Shown here in pieces: positions 20,886-34,400 of a stretch of DNA of 64,000 bases. A model generated the notes under the pieces. That model saw only the letters and a list, made by a program, of their open reading frames with translations. It had not been told where the DNA came from and searched no databases. How positions within the stretch are numbered: position 1 is the stretch's first letter; each line of letters opens with the position of its first letter. Source of the DNA: Klebsormidium nitens (Eukaryota; Plantae; Klebsormidiophyceae); NCBI GenBank assembly GCA_000708835.1, contig DF237253.1:1-64000 (forward strand), written 5' to 3'. The position numbers were made by a program, and so were the translations under genes.

Positions 20886-22456
20886 TGTACTTACAGAGCA
20901 ACTCGCCTCAAAACAATCGGACGCCCGCAGCTAGCAGGATCCCCCAGCAACTTCTGCTTTCCACATTACTCGCACCTCAATGGCTCAGTGGTAAAGCATT
21001 TATCTCCTGAATTTACGAGGTCTACGGACCTTAACCTTGATGACAGTTGGTTGCGAGGAGCCAAGCAGGCTTTCGGACGGACGGATCCTTAGGCTCATTC
21101 GAGTCGGACAACTCTCTGGATGTTCTGATGGTACTAGGGTTCAGCACCTGGTCCTTTTACAAATTTTAACGAAGGGGTTGGAATGTAGACTCGGCGCTAA
21201 CCCGGAAATCTTTAACCCTGCCCACTCTAGCAATTTGGCCCTCCCAGGTAGCTAATCTAGCGGGGGGTACACGTGGCGCGCTGCGATTGGCGCTTTTTAT
21301 GCCAACGATCAGTTGGTTAATCGGTTCGGTACAATCGGCACTGTACGACGCCGCGGCGCGGGCCTGGCGATTGAGGCGCTTCGACCTAGCTCGAATGGCG
21401 GGCGTTCGACGATAAAATGTACAGGAAAAAGGAGAAAAGCTCCCATCAAACGTATTACATTTGTATGAGACTGGCGCGCGGAGGGCGCGGTTGCTGGATT
21501 TCGCATCGAACCTTCGCGACTTTGACGGCGACCATTGTCGGTTCGCGTAGCAGGATGCGTCGCCTCAGAAAGCTGAGGTCCGACTTGTGTCGGGCGACCG
21601 AACTGAAGTTAATCTTACATGCGCGTTGAATGTCACACGGAAGCTCCTGTCGAGCCGCTAATGTGGCCTGGCGCCCGACGATCGACGGACGCAAGCTCGC
21701 TTGCCAGGACCTCGGACAGTTAAAACGATAGCCTGCTTATTTGGTCGCTGCTTCCGAGCAAGGGTGATTCGGCAGCTTCGCCGTCGAAGTCGTGCATGGA
21801 AGGGTACCGACATCGAAACTTCTAGACTACGAAACTGAGACCTGTGTGTACAGGCCCCTCTGCCCGGTCGTCTCTGTGCTTAATTCCAGCCGTTCGATAA
21901 ATCGGAAGAGGCAAGCCTTGGCCGTCGCCAACATGTACGGTACAATTTCATATACCGGTATGTGCGGCTGCTCTGCGGCTGGTACTACGGTGCGCGGACA
22001 TTCCGTCACTCTAGCTTCAGTGAATTTGAACGGACTCGGAGAAGATTGAAGGACGGAATGGATCGCCGCGAATCGCCCCCGTACGCCGAAGGGCGGCGTG
22101 CCAGCGCACGGGCCGTGCAACAAACGATCTCTAATTATAATTATAAATGGCTAGGATTGTGGGTTAGACTAACCCACAATCAGATTAAATTCTCCGTGCC
22201 ACAAACGAACCTTTATAAGGCTAAACGACCAGGCTAACCCTACCCGTCCGTGAATTGTGACAGTGACTCGGACATTGTCATGTCAGAGCTGTCAGTGTTG
22301 CCAGTCTGAGTGATTCATGTTGAGCAGATTTTCCTTGCACTGTTGCAGTTCAACTTCCAGAAGTGGCAGAAGACGGCGGAAGGACAAAAGAGGAGAAACG
22401 AGGCGAAACAAGTCGAATTGCTGTTGAATCCTGTGCCGCTGGCATCTTCCTCCATC

Positions 22457-25068
22457 ATGGCTGAGCAACAGCAGATCCCCGTAACTGCTCTGACTGTGGA
22501 ACAGCTGAAACAGGTGAAGGACACCCTAGAAGCAGAGATTCAGGTCCTGTCAGACTCCATACGCTCGCTGCAGGTTGTCATCCGGAAGTTTGATGCTGCT
22601 GCAGGCGCGGTTGATGACCTCTCCACCCAGACAAGCGGTGAGATTTCAACGGTTGGTTGAGTGCTTTACAAAGTTGGTGATAAATTCCCCTTCAGCTTGT
22701 TTGAGCTTGAAGGCTTCCTCCTCAACAAGCCTGACGAGGCTGCAAAGACGAAGGCGTCACTTAGCTCTCCACTTCACACGGCTAGCCATGAAGGCGCTTG
22801 CCGGGCTTTGTCACCTTTATAGAGCTGCTTTTCAATGCAGAACAATCTGCTGGTTTGAAAGGTTCTTTTTATCATCTTCAATTGTTACACCACCCGCTTG
22901 ACGGCACTGGAGAGGTCAAATATCTTCAAGGCTTAAGTGCACTGCAGGACTGGGAACAGAAAGCCAGAGACGGTTTGTGTCTCTCGTTGATTGCAGCTGG
23001 TATGATCTAATGTTCGCATTACTCCTGTAGTCAGCTCGATTAAGTCTGATCTTCCTAGATTGTCCTTCATGGACCCTGAGCTTCACACGTAAGTGCGCAT
23101 TCTGCGTGCCACTTTTGGAGCTGTTTTTTGTTGATGATTCTTGAGAAACTTAATCCAAACAGAGCGGTTGTCAATTGAGCAGTGACATGCAGTGGTCGGT
23201 GGGAAAGAGCAGCTTAGCGACACCAAAATTGCTGAGGAGGGGCATGCTAATATCCTAGTGTGATCCTTACCAGCAAATGCAAATTTCTATGGAGGCGGGC
23301 TGGCTCTGAAAAGATCGTTTTGGTGGTCTTTGTTGGGGTAGGAAGCTCGTTGTTTCCCCTGGTTAAGCACGTTGCAGAGTGGTCTGTTCTAATGTTTCAC
23401 TGCACCATTTAGCACAAAGTAAGGTGACTGAACAACAATTTGTCATGACCACCTGCGTGTCTTTCTACGAGCAATTGTTTCGTCAGAAGAGGGAGGAAAG
23501 GACTTACTCTTGACAAACAGTAGAAAACGGTGGCTGCACGCAGGCAGGCTGCCCCTTATCGTTTCTGGAGCGCATTATGAAGTACAAACGACGGCCTTCA
23601 CTTCCATATTATCCATTGCAAAGACCTTTGGTCATAGCGTTGTTTTTGAAGGTGGACTGGGATGGGTGTGCAATCATGAGCTGGATTTCCAACTGACCCG
23701 TGACCTTTGTTCCATCTCAGGGAAGCCTGCGCTGATTCCTTTGACGGGGTCTCTGTTCGTCCCTGCAACACTAGCAAGCGTGGAGAAAGTCTTGGTTGAT
23801 GTCGGTACTGGCTATTATGTAGAGGTACGTTCTGGGAAGCCCCTCCTTTCGTCCCTCCTTTTCTGAGCTTGTGTTCCCCAAATGTTTTGCCGATCCTTGG
23901 TATCTAGGTGGTTGACAAAGCAAAACCAAACGTTAACGAAAGGTATCCTCTTTTCGGGTGAAGTGTAAGCTGACCGATACGAGGCCCAACATACCCTTTT
24001 GTTCGCACCACTTTCCAATCTGCTGAACTAGGACTGGCTTTGAACAGATTACTTCGTTTGATGTCTGCTGAAAATCAACGGCCCTCTGACTCCAAAACAA
24101 GCAGCTGCCTTTTTGTGCGTCTGTATGTTTCGTGACCGAGCTGCCTTCCGCATGAAGACCGACTTTGCTGAACAGCGGCCAAGCTTGACAGAGACTGCAC
24201 ACTCAGTGCATAATAAGCGGGGAAAAGAAGTCCTCCTTTTGACTGACCGTCAAAACTTCGAGACGAAAGGTGTGACAATCTTCTCATGGAAGTTTTACAG
24301 AAGTGACACGAAGGTTGGGATCTGCCAAGTCGAGCCCGCACCTTGCTCTCACAGACTCTTTTTCAATCTACTCCAATCTGCTTCGAGATTAATACTTTTG
24401 ATATCCTGTCCGGGCAGCGAAAAGTGAACCTAGGTATTGCGAGGCCTTCTTAGAGACCGCCAGGTCCATTTGCAACATCTTTCAGATGGCGTCTTAACTT
24501 CTTCTGTTCGTTCTGTGTGCAGAAAACTTTGACAGACGGAAAAGACTACTGCACTCGTCGTGTCAAGTACTTGGAAGACAAGCTTCGAACCATTGGCGAT
24601 GTAAGTTCGCGCCCTAGGCACCAGCTTGTCTGGAAACCGAGACAACTCACTGCTGCTGTTATTGCTGTATCGGCTCAAAACAGTAAGTCGAGGGTGGTTG
24701 ATGAAATTAATGCTGTGTCATGGCGGTTTCTGAATCGAAGGCATAGAGTGCTGGCCCTCTTTGGAGTCTCATGACGTCTGCGTTTGTTTCCCACTGTGGG
24801 CGCTGAACTTAGGGTCTCATGTTGCTCTGAGAACGAAGAGCTTTGAAAGTCTACTCGGACAAGTCGCTCCAAAGTCGTTCGTTAGGAGCCGCAACTAGAC
24901 TTCGGGAATCTGACAAGCTTATTTGTGGATAACTTGAATGGTTACCTTCCTGTTTTGCAGCTTTTGGGCGACAAGCAAAAGAATCACTCGGAGGTTTCCC
25001 AAGTGATCCAAATGAAACTTTCGGGGCAAGGTAGGCAAACCACTGCACAAGCAGCGGCCGTAGGATGA
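22457..25068 (+). CDS. PFD5: Prefoldin alpha subunit 5, 4 exons, ~156 aa
   Basis: Exons 22457-22637, 23721-23824, 24523-24600 and 24961-25068 are phase-compatible GT-AG; hallmark [12 protein letters not shown]...[13 protein letters not shown]. Confidence 0.93.
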
Positions 25069-26548
25069 ACCAGACGGCGTTGCTAGCTTTCTTGTACATT
25101 GCGCTGTTCAACGACCGGTCGCTTCAAACAATGGAGATATAGGATGAGCCAGGCGAGACTGCCGGCCTTCTTCTGCACAATGCGTATTGAAGTTCAATAT
25201 CTCATTTGCATCTTTGGTCTAGCTGGTATGGGCACCGTATCCACTCTAAGATCCTGCAACTGCTTCCGTTCATGAAGTGATGACGATAAAGCCACAAGTC
25301 ATCACTCATACTGAAGGTATTGGGGCGTGCCAGTGCACATACCCACACTGATGTAGTTTGACATGACAAGGTATTGCATATACAACAGAAAACTTTGAAC
25401 GAAACTTAGCAACATCATATCAGCAGCATTTGATGGAAAATTAGTTCAGGCGTTTTGAATTTTACTAAGATGGTTGGATGCGGCCGTCCAGTGCCTCACC
25501 TCAATAAGATTCTAGGTGGCATCATTTATGCTAAGTTTCCAACCAAGAACCGTCATAAAGGGCCGTACTTTGTATGTTTAGCAACATCACGGTCGATCCG
25601 ACCGCTCAATTGCCAGTTGACCTCCAAGTGACTCATGTAGATGCGCACGACCGTCACTTCACAATCGCCAGGCTTACCTATATCATACAGGCGGCCGGGC
25701 CATGCTCTCGATCATAAAGATTGGCATCCAACTTACAGATCGAGCGCCCTTATAGGTGAGCTGCCGCTCCCAAATTTCTAACTTAGTTGAACCGTCTTGC
25801 TACCATGATGCTATATATAGGCCGGTATAGCGTAATACCTGCAGCATATTATGACGGTCATTGTAAGCTTAATTTGGCATGCGCGACGGTATATACCATG
25901 CGGGTTGGATTAAAGTTAAGCATGAATGCATATGAAGTGATATGAAGCATGCAAGCTGCCGTCTCATTGAGTTGGTGGTGCCACATATCATGTCGATCGG
26001 CCTGTCCGACACTGACCTATGCATGCGAACTTTAGTGGAAATTCCATGGAGCTCAGCTATTGAACTTAGCCTAGTCATACAGGTCGCGTACATGGCAACC
26101 GGCCGCCGTGGGATTGCCATATGTGCATGCTGAAAAGCCGCCCGCTGTGGCTGGCCTTCCGCATCCAGGGCCCGATCATGGAGTATAAAAGTGATGTGGA
26201 GATCTGGCATGGTTAGTGCGCCCACAAGCCACGCGGGTGAATGCGCATGTCCCTTGATAGAATGAATATATAATCGATCACGAATGTGCTATATGCACAT
26301 CCGACGTCGGACAATTCGAGCTTCCTGCTAGTACGGTCGACTAGCGACTAGTATAGCCGAGCAAATGCTCGGAGGTGCGGATCTGATCATGATCACTGAG
26401 TCACTCTGACCGTTGAGAATGTATGGTACATCATATCCGCGAACAAAGACTTCCCTGTCAACTTCGAATCCTAAGGATCTAATCCTGTCGTACACGAGGC
26501 CAGGCCCGCTGCCCTGTGGGTTAGTTTTACGGGATGAACGGAAAGTTG

Positions 26549-27877
26549 CTAAATCTGGAGATCCTCAGGCCACTTTACTGCAACTATTAATGAAGGATAC
26601 AGTTTTCGAAGTCTCGCAACAAGTCTGAGAGCGACGCCTACCGACACAACTTCTTGCGGAGTGTCTGTAAGATCGATGTGAAAGCACTCAAGTTTTGGAC
26701 ACGCTCTTGTAAGCGCCAAAGAAAGCTTGGAAACCAGTGACACTTCGCTGAAGCCTATGTACAACTTCTTCAACTCTGCCAAAGGTTTCAAAAGAAGAGC
26801 TGCGTCCTGCTCTATGTTCAAGAACTCGGACATACCGGTAGGAATGTGCAGCTCTTCGAGGTACTTGAAAGAATGAATGAGCTCAGAGAGTCTTACTCCA
26901 CTTTCGTACACACCATCATGGATCGCCGCGACATGCTTTCCAATCGAAACAACTTTTGCATCACTACATAATTCTAACACGTGCAAAAGCTCCTGCATCG
27001 TAGTTGGCCCTTCCTTGATGTCTAATGTCGTGATTTGCCAAGCTGTCTTCCGTTTTATGTCCCAAGTATAGTCCAAAACCAATTTTGCCAGATTTGGGGC
27101 ACAGATGATCAGTCTTTCGACATATGCGACCGTCAAAACCTCTAACCGTGGTGCTTCTATGTCAAGGGAGCTTATCATGGCTGAATCGACTCGGTCGCCG
27201 TTTGTTCTGAAGACTAATCTTGTTAGGGTATCAGAGGAGATGATGGGACTCTCAAGTCCGGAAACTTCATCTAAAGACAAGGTTTCCAAGCGCGCGCAAA
27301 TCTTGAAGATGCTTAAGAGGAGACTATCATCCAGGTCAATGTAACCCAAAGTGAGCGTAGTGAGGGACGTTAGTAAGTGCCTGCTAAAAAAGGGTCCTTG
27401 TAAATCCATCCAGAACATCTCAAGCGACCTCAGCTTGGGACACATCAATGACAGTGCCTTGAAAAGATCCTTGAACCTCTCGTCAACTGAATTTCCCGAT
27501 TGGTGTTGGAATGGCTCCATCAGGACAAGCGACTCGAGTCTTGGTGTCGTAGCTAAGAGTCCTTGTACAAACACTGGCGACACGTTATCCGCATCAAGGT
27601 AGAAAACCTTTGCTGCCTTCCTTTCTTGTAGAAAACCCAGCACCTTGCTTAGATGGTAGTTATGGGTGCACATCAACCTGTCTGCCTCTGGGACCAGCTT
27701 GTCGAAACGGGAGCAGACTAACCTCAAATGGCAGAGCTTACGCACGGACGCGTAGGCATTTTCAAAAGGGGCATAGCGAACCACTGATGCCTGAATCAAC
27801 ACACGCAGCAGCAGGTCGTCGGACAGCCTGTCAAAAGGGTTCTGTGGCCCTTCTTCAAGGGACCGCTCCGCATCCAT
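26549..27877 (-). CDS. F-box/LRR (RNI-like) protein, apparently intronless
   Basis: F-box FDRLSDDLLLRVL...LRLVCSRF after the ATG at 27877; LRR-like LxxLxL repeats (LRSLEM, LTTLTL, LETLSL, LEELHI). Confidence 0.8.
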   Translation of the reverse strand: MDAERSLEEGPQNPFDRLSDDLLLRVLIQASVVRYAPFENAYASVRKLCHLRLVCSRFDKLVPEADRLMCTHNYHLSKVLGFLQERKAAKVFYLDADNVSPVFVQGLLATTPRLESLVLMEPFQHQSGNSVDERFKDLFKALSLMCPKLRSLEMFWMDLQGPFFSRHLLTSLTTLTLGYIDLDDSLLLSIFKICARLETLSLDEVSGLESPIISSDTLTRLVFRTNGDRVDSAMISSLDIEAPRLEVLTVAYVERLIICAPNLAKLVLDYTWDIKRKTAWQITTLDIKEGPTTMQELLHVLELCSDAKVVSIGKHVAAIHDGVYESGVRLSELIHSFKYLEELHIPTGMSEFLNIEQDAALLLKPLAELKKLYIGFSEVSLVSKLSLALTRACPKLECFHIDLTDTPQEVVSVGVALRLVARLRKLYPSLIVAVKWPEDLQI

Positions 27878-28411
27878 CACGGCGTCCCTGCCTGCCACCT
27901 GCCGCAGAAGGAAGAGAGGCCCACTGCCAAACTGAACTTTGAACGCCTTCAGCACACCTCGTTTAGCCTGTGAGTTTCATGAATGAATGTGGCCCCGCCT
28001 CACACATATATATGAAAGGTGTGATGGTCGTTTACGCCAGCGTGGCAAACTAACCCAGGGTTATCGGCCCGGTTCGCTGACATTCGGCGGGTGTCAACGG
28101 TTCTAAACCGCCACGCTGGCGTGATTGGGTCCTAACCAGTACCAGGATTCCTTGGTCATTCGAGTTGTCAATGACATTGCATAATACCGTAGCTCCTAGA
28201 GGGAGAAAGAGAGAGAGAGAGAGACGCACTTGACCCTTGCATGAGGCGTTGAGGGGAGCTTGAGTGGTGCCCATGTGAATCAGTCATTGGAATTAGTTGG
28301 CAAACATCTGGTCAGCACCTTGGAGGGTTCAAGCCGTTGCAATTGTGCCCCAGGTTGTGATATTTCAGCTGGAGGAACGGGCCACTGTCAGCACATATTC
28401 GCAAGGGCGCA

Positions 28412-31400
28412 ATGGGCAAGAAGGGCAACCCGCACGTGTTTTTTGACGTCAGCATAGGCACTCAGAATGCAGGGCGTATTGTCATTGAGGTAAGCTCGGC
28501 AGCTAGGAAATCGGTCGAGGTTGTGTTGAAAGCTCACAAATTGCAAAACTTCTGGTCAGCTTTGGTTGAATATAAGAGCACACTAGACGCACATAAGACC
28601 ATTACCATCCTCTGATGTTTTCAGGGGCAAACTACCCTCTCTAGCAGGCGTCTGCCGGTGTTCCATCAAGTTTTCACCTGCTGCCTAATATCCTCAATTG
28701 CCCATGAAGAAAGGCCCAGAATCTGGCTTCTAAATTGTGTCCGTTCTTCCTGCGTGCAGTTGTATGCAGATGTGGTTCCCCGGACGGCGGAGAATTTTCG
28801 TGCGCTTTGCACGGGGGAGAAGGGCCTGGGGAAGACCACCGGCAAGGCGCTCACGTATAAGGGGTCCATCTTTCACCGTATCATCCCTGGCTTTATGATG
28901 CAAGGGGGCGACTTCTCAAATAAGAACGGTGAGCGGATAATGTTTTCATTAGTGAAAGAAGCACCTGATCCCTGGATTGTTGTTGTCTACAGATCATACT
29001 TCAAATAAAATGTGAACATCCAGAAGACGGGGCAAGTGGGCATGAATTTCAAGCCACTCTCGGGATGTGTCGAGGTTTCTTCTGAGGGCACCTTACGGTT
29101 TTCTTACAGTCGCAAAATGATCAAATTGTTTCACGCTGTGTGGACCCTTGAATCAAGAACGTGGGGCCACAGCATGTAAAGAAAGTTTCGGAATATGAGG
29201 AGCACTTCAGAATTAGCCCAAAGCTGTCAGAGGCATTTTAATCGCCTCGTTGTTTAAGAATAAAACGTTGCTGATTGATGGAGTTGCGCTGCATCCAGCT
29301 TTGATGAGCGCTGCTTCCGGCCTTGATGAGTTTCGGTTCCTCCAGGCACTGGTGGGGAAAGCATTTACGGGGCCAAGTTCGCGGACGAGAATTTTACGCT
29401 GAGCCACAACGGGCCGGGGGTTCTCTCCATGGCCAACGCTGGGCCGAACACGAACGGAAGTGAGCTCGCTTCTCTTCTCATCTTCAAAGTCGACGCGCTT
29501 GTAAGATTTTGAAAGTCGAAACAAAAACGTCAAAGGGGTCAGAGCACGCATGTGCACTGCCTTAAAATGGGTCATGCAGAGCAGGATTACGGCGTGGCAA
29601 AAAAAGCAGATGGAATACGGCCCCACTTTTTCTTACTCAAAAAACTTGGTTGACGGTCGATCACCACCGCTGTTGCGGGTCTGTTGATGGCGAATGTTGA
29701 GCCTTGCTTCCTGCTCAAAATGTTCGAAATGAACATTTTGTCTTTATGAAAGTTTCCAGTTGCCATACTTGCAGTTCCTTTCGCCGAGTCTTATGATCAG
29801 GATGCATGAAGAATGCATTAACAAACCCGAAATCTTTTGGCCAAATGGCAAAGACTGTCGTTGCCATGAATCCTTTTCTTGCTTCATTGCTGAAAGCTGC
29901 ATCATATTTTCCCTGGGGTTCCAGCTCGATCCCTGAGCTGTTAGGTTCGTCTATAGTTAGGCTACAACCGTTGGATTATCATGGTTTTCGTGTTTAAAGA
30001 TTAAGGAGATACTTCTAAGCCATCTGAACGCCCCCACGCTTGTTGCAGGGTCTTGACACTTCAGAACTCTGATTATGTGAAACTTTTGGCCTCGGAAGCA
30101 ACCAGTCTGACCTTCTTCCCTTTGTTGCTCACAGGCCAGTTCTTTATCTGCTTCAAGAAGACTCCCCATCTGGACGGGTGAGTATGTACAGCAAATTCGT
30201 TTTGGGGGCTCTGTTCGAATCGAGCTTGGCGCGTGTTACAAAAAGGTCTGGCGTTTGTTACAGAAAGATCTGCTGGCTCAGCTCTAGCACCTCTGCTCCC
30301 CAGTCTCAGTAATGTTATCTTCGATAAGGATTTGGTCACCAAAAAGGGGCGACTTGGTTTTTATTCTAAAAGGTTTGGGCTGAGCATTAAACAGGAGGGT
30401 TAAGCGAATCAATGTTTGAAGTCGTAGCACCTCCGCTGCTCTTTGTCGTCGCTCCAGTTTCAGCAAGGTCGTCGCCTCAAAGTTGGTTACTGGGATTGTC
30501 TTTGTCCCTTTATAGCCTAGGTCTCTGGAAGTCGGCAAGGGTACAACGGCCTTGTTGCAATCTACAGACGGGTAGATCAGATCTGGAGTTGATGCCATGC
30601 TTCAGAACGAGACGACAATAACAAGATGCGGCACCCTCCGTCAGCCAGCAATATATTTGTTTCTATTGGACATTGGGAGTAGACTAAACAAAGAAATGTA
30701 AGAGGGAGTCCCAGGAGCTCTTGCAAGGCAGTCTTCTCACTGCACTGTGTTCTTTTCCCTCAGGAAGCACGTCGTCTTTGGCAAAGTGGTCGAGGGGCTG
30801 GACATCGTGAAGCGCATCGAGGAGGTTCCGACGGACGCGAAAGACCGACCAATGAACCCCGTGACTATCAAAGACTGCGGGGAGGTGAAAGCTGGCGCTG
30901 CTGAGACTGTAGAGCCTGTGAAAGGTAAGTCAGCTATCGTGGCTTCCGTTCCATTCCGTTGTTCCTTTCCGTTCCGTTGAGGAGGTTCCGACGGTTCGAA
31001 AGACCGACCAATGAACCCCGTGACGATCAAGGACTGTGGGGAAGTGAAGGCTGGAGCTGCTGAGACGGTAGAGCCTGTGAAAGGTAAGTTAGCTATCGTG
31101 GTTTCCGTTCGGTTGTTCCGTTCCGTTCCGTCGAGGAGTCTCCGGCAGACGCGAAAGACCGGTCGATGAAACCCATCACGATCAAGGACTGCGGGGAGGT
31201 GAAGGCTGCGGGGACGGTAGAGCGATGAAAGGTGAGCCGAGTCCGTTCCGTTCCGTTCTGTTTCGTTCCGTCCCGTAGCATTCTGCTGATATGCCAATTC
31301 ATTCTGCCCACAACGATCCTCCGTCACAATAAAGGATCGTGGGGTAGGTAAAGGCTGGAGACGCCAAGACGGTAGAGCCAGCGAAAGGTGAGCTGAATAT

Positions 31401-34400
31401 GAGTCTGTTCCGTTCCCTTCCGTTTCGTCTCGTAGTAGTCCGTTGGTGCATATCCCTTACCTCGATCGTTCTCTTTTTCCAGAGAAAGCGAAGGAGCCTA
31501 ATTGTCAAAAGGAAAAGGACATTAAGGCCTTAAAGAGCAAGAACTATCGGAGAGCGACGCTGGTTGGGATCGGACAATGTTTCGGACCGCGGTTCTGACG
31601 AGAGTGGGTTTCACTTCAATGGTTCGACTCTCTTCTCGTCCTTCAGAGAAAGCGAGAGAGCTCAAGAGCCAAAAGAAGAGAGCAAAAAGAAGGAGGATAA
31701 GAAAGCACGAAGAGCAAGAAGGGCAAGAAGTATTTGGACAGCGACGCCGTCCCTTTCGGACAGTCTGGCAGACAGTCTTTCGGGCGAGTCGGTTTTCACC
31801 TTCTCTGATCTTTTTCCTTCTTGTCTCCGAGACAGCGAAGGATCCTAAGAGCAAGAAGAAGAAGGACAAGAAGGCGTCGAAGAGCAAGAAGCGGAAGTAG
31901 TATTTGGACAGCGATTTCGACTCGCTCTTGGACAGCCTTTCGGACAGTTACTCGGACGAGTCGGTTTCCAGCTTATCTAAGTTTTGTCTTCCTCCTCATT
32001 CTCCAGAGAAAGCGAAGGAGCCCAAGAGCAAAAAGAAGAAGGACAAGAAGGCGTCGAAGAGCAAGAAGCGCAAGAAGTATTCGGACAGCGACTCCGACTC
32101 GCTCTCGGACAGTCTCTCGGACAGTTACTCGGACGAGTCGGACTACACGAGCGACTCGAGCGAGGAGGAGCGGCGGCGGAAGAAAAAGAAGAAGGCGGGG
32201 AAGAAGAAGTCGAAGGACCAGAAATCCAAGAAGAAGAAGCGGAGAAGGTAAAGCGGGGCCGAACATGAAATCACTTTCCCGTTCCCTATTGGCGGGACGT
32301 CCGTGGGGGGTTCCGTCAGGGAAAACCAATTATTTGCTTCAGGCTTTTTTCCAAAAAAGGGGACTGCTTTTGTGTGCAGAACCACAAACTTCCGCCCAAA
32401 GTTTCAATACTCTGATGTAGCTGATCCAAAACGGAAGAATCTTGGGCCTGATGTCGGTGATGTTCTGTCTTTTCTCCAAGATTTTTCGGATGAGTTGGTC
32501 GAATACCGCATGTCGGGATCTGTTTTGAAGGGCCTTAACTCGATGGAATTGTACTGTCGGAGGTGAAAGGCACACGAGTAAGAAGAAGACAGTCTCATCA
32601 AGGAGGGATTGCCTGTTTCATTGCCTTTCTCATGAGATGTCCGTTGGGCCTTTTAAATATTGCGATGCGAGCCGGGTTGGCGCGCACCCCGGCTTGTGAT
32701 TGGCGCACTCCCAGGATCTTGGAATTGTCGTTATACAACTCGATGCATCACGTGTTTCGATACGGTCCTCAGTACCGCTGATGAGGGGGACTGGATACGC
32801 GTGGCCTATCGCCGTTTTAAAAAGGGCGTCTTCTGCGACACGTAACCCCTCGTCAGGTCCACAGTGTTTGCCGATGGCACTCTTTTGCGCCCACTTGAAT
32901 GCACGCGGCAACCGCCGCCCATTAATGTCAAGAACTTTTCGTGGCAGTTTTTCTTGGGTGACTTCGTGGCGAAAGTAATATGCAGAATGCTTCAAAGCGT
33001 CGCTGCGAAAAGCGGGCTCCAATGCGTCCTTTGAATCATTTTGCGAAATGCGAGAGCTCGGGGGGGTAAGCAGACTGACTGAGACGGCTTGGTGTTGTTA
33101 CGCAGGTCGTACAGCAGCGAGTCGGACGACTATTCGGACAGCGAGTTCTCGGACGTCGAAGAGGAGGATCGTCGGTCCAAGAAGAAGAAGAAGAGCAAGA
33201 AGTCCAAGAAGAAGAAGAAGCATCTGTCCTATTCGGAGAGCGACTTCTCCGACAGTGAACCCGATCGCAAGCGGTCCAAGAGCGGAAAGGCGCGGAAAAA
33301 GGACGTGGGCTTGGACGATAAAGAAGGGAAGAACGGGGTGGAGAGTGGGGACGCTCAAAAGGTACGAGAGTGGGACTTGGGCAAGGAGCGCCCTGCAGAA
33401 GCGCTAGAGGTGCCGGGGGCATCGGCGGAATTGAGCTTGGCAGCCCTGAACGAGGCCCCGGAGACAAGAGGCACCGGTGAACGGAGAATTAAGTCCCTGG
33501 TAGAAAGGGAGCCAGTTTCCCCTCTCAGGGGGGAGCGTTTGCCTGGGGAGACGGGGGGGGTTCGGCGCGTGTCGCCATTCGGGGGGGATCGCTCGCTGGA
33601 TGAGAGGAGGGAGGGGGAGCGCTCGCCTGAGGCCAGAAGAAGGGCGTCCCCGGTTCGGGGGGGTCGGTCGCCGGGCGAAAGGGGGAGGGGGAACGCTCGC
33701 CCGAGGCCAGGAGGAGAGCGTCCCCGTTTCGGGGGGGTGGGTCGCCGGAGAGGCGGAGGCGCATCTCGCCGTTCCGAGGGGGAAGGGGGCGGTCTCCGGA
33801 TGACAGGGGGCGCAGGAGCCCGTCGCCGAAGCGGGTCCGAAAGTAAGTCGACGAACGGGAGTCTTTTCCTCCGGTTGGACTAACGCATTTGTAAATGGAC
33901 TTGCAGAGTGAAAGCGGAGCCGCACCTACTTCTCAACAATGTTAGGTTCATTTGATGATCAGGTCTTCTACCCGTCCTGGAGTTGTTGGTTGATGGAAAA
34001 GGTCACCCCGCGTCTCGTGTCTCGTTTGCTTCACTACTTTTAAAGCGATTCCCCTCCTCATTGTTCAGTCTGAAGAAGGGCTAGATCACTCAGCAAAGTG
34101 GGTCTTCGAAGTCGATGAGTTTCGTAATCGCCGAATCTTTTGAAATGGTCCCGGTCCGCCGAAGATCAGACAATTTTAACCTTTTGTAGTGTCTCGATGC
34201 AATTCAGATCCTTTGTGTGGCCGCCATGTTTTCTACCTTTTGTCACGGCTTTTATGCTTCTTAAGTACCTTTTTTTGCAGCGGCTTTAGCACCTCTCTAT
34301 CAGACTGTCTTCCTCGTCGCCTTTAGGTGTTGTGCAGCTATTCTGGGTTTGCCTGCCGAATCTAGCTATCCATTCCCAAACATTCGTTGTTGTAGGGGTG

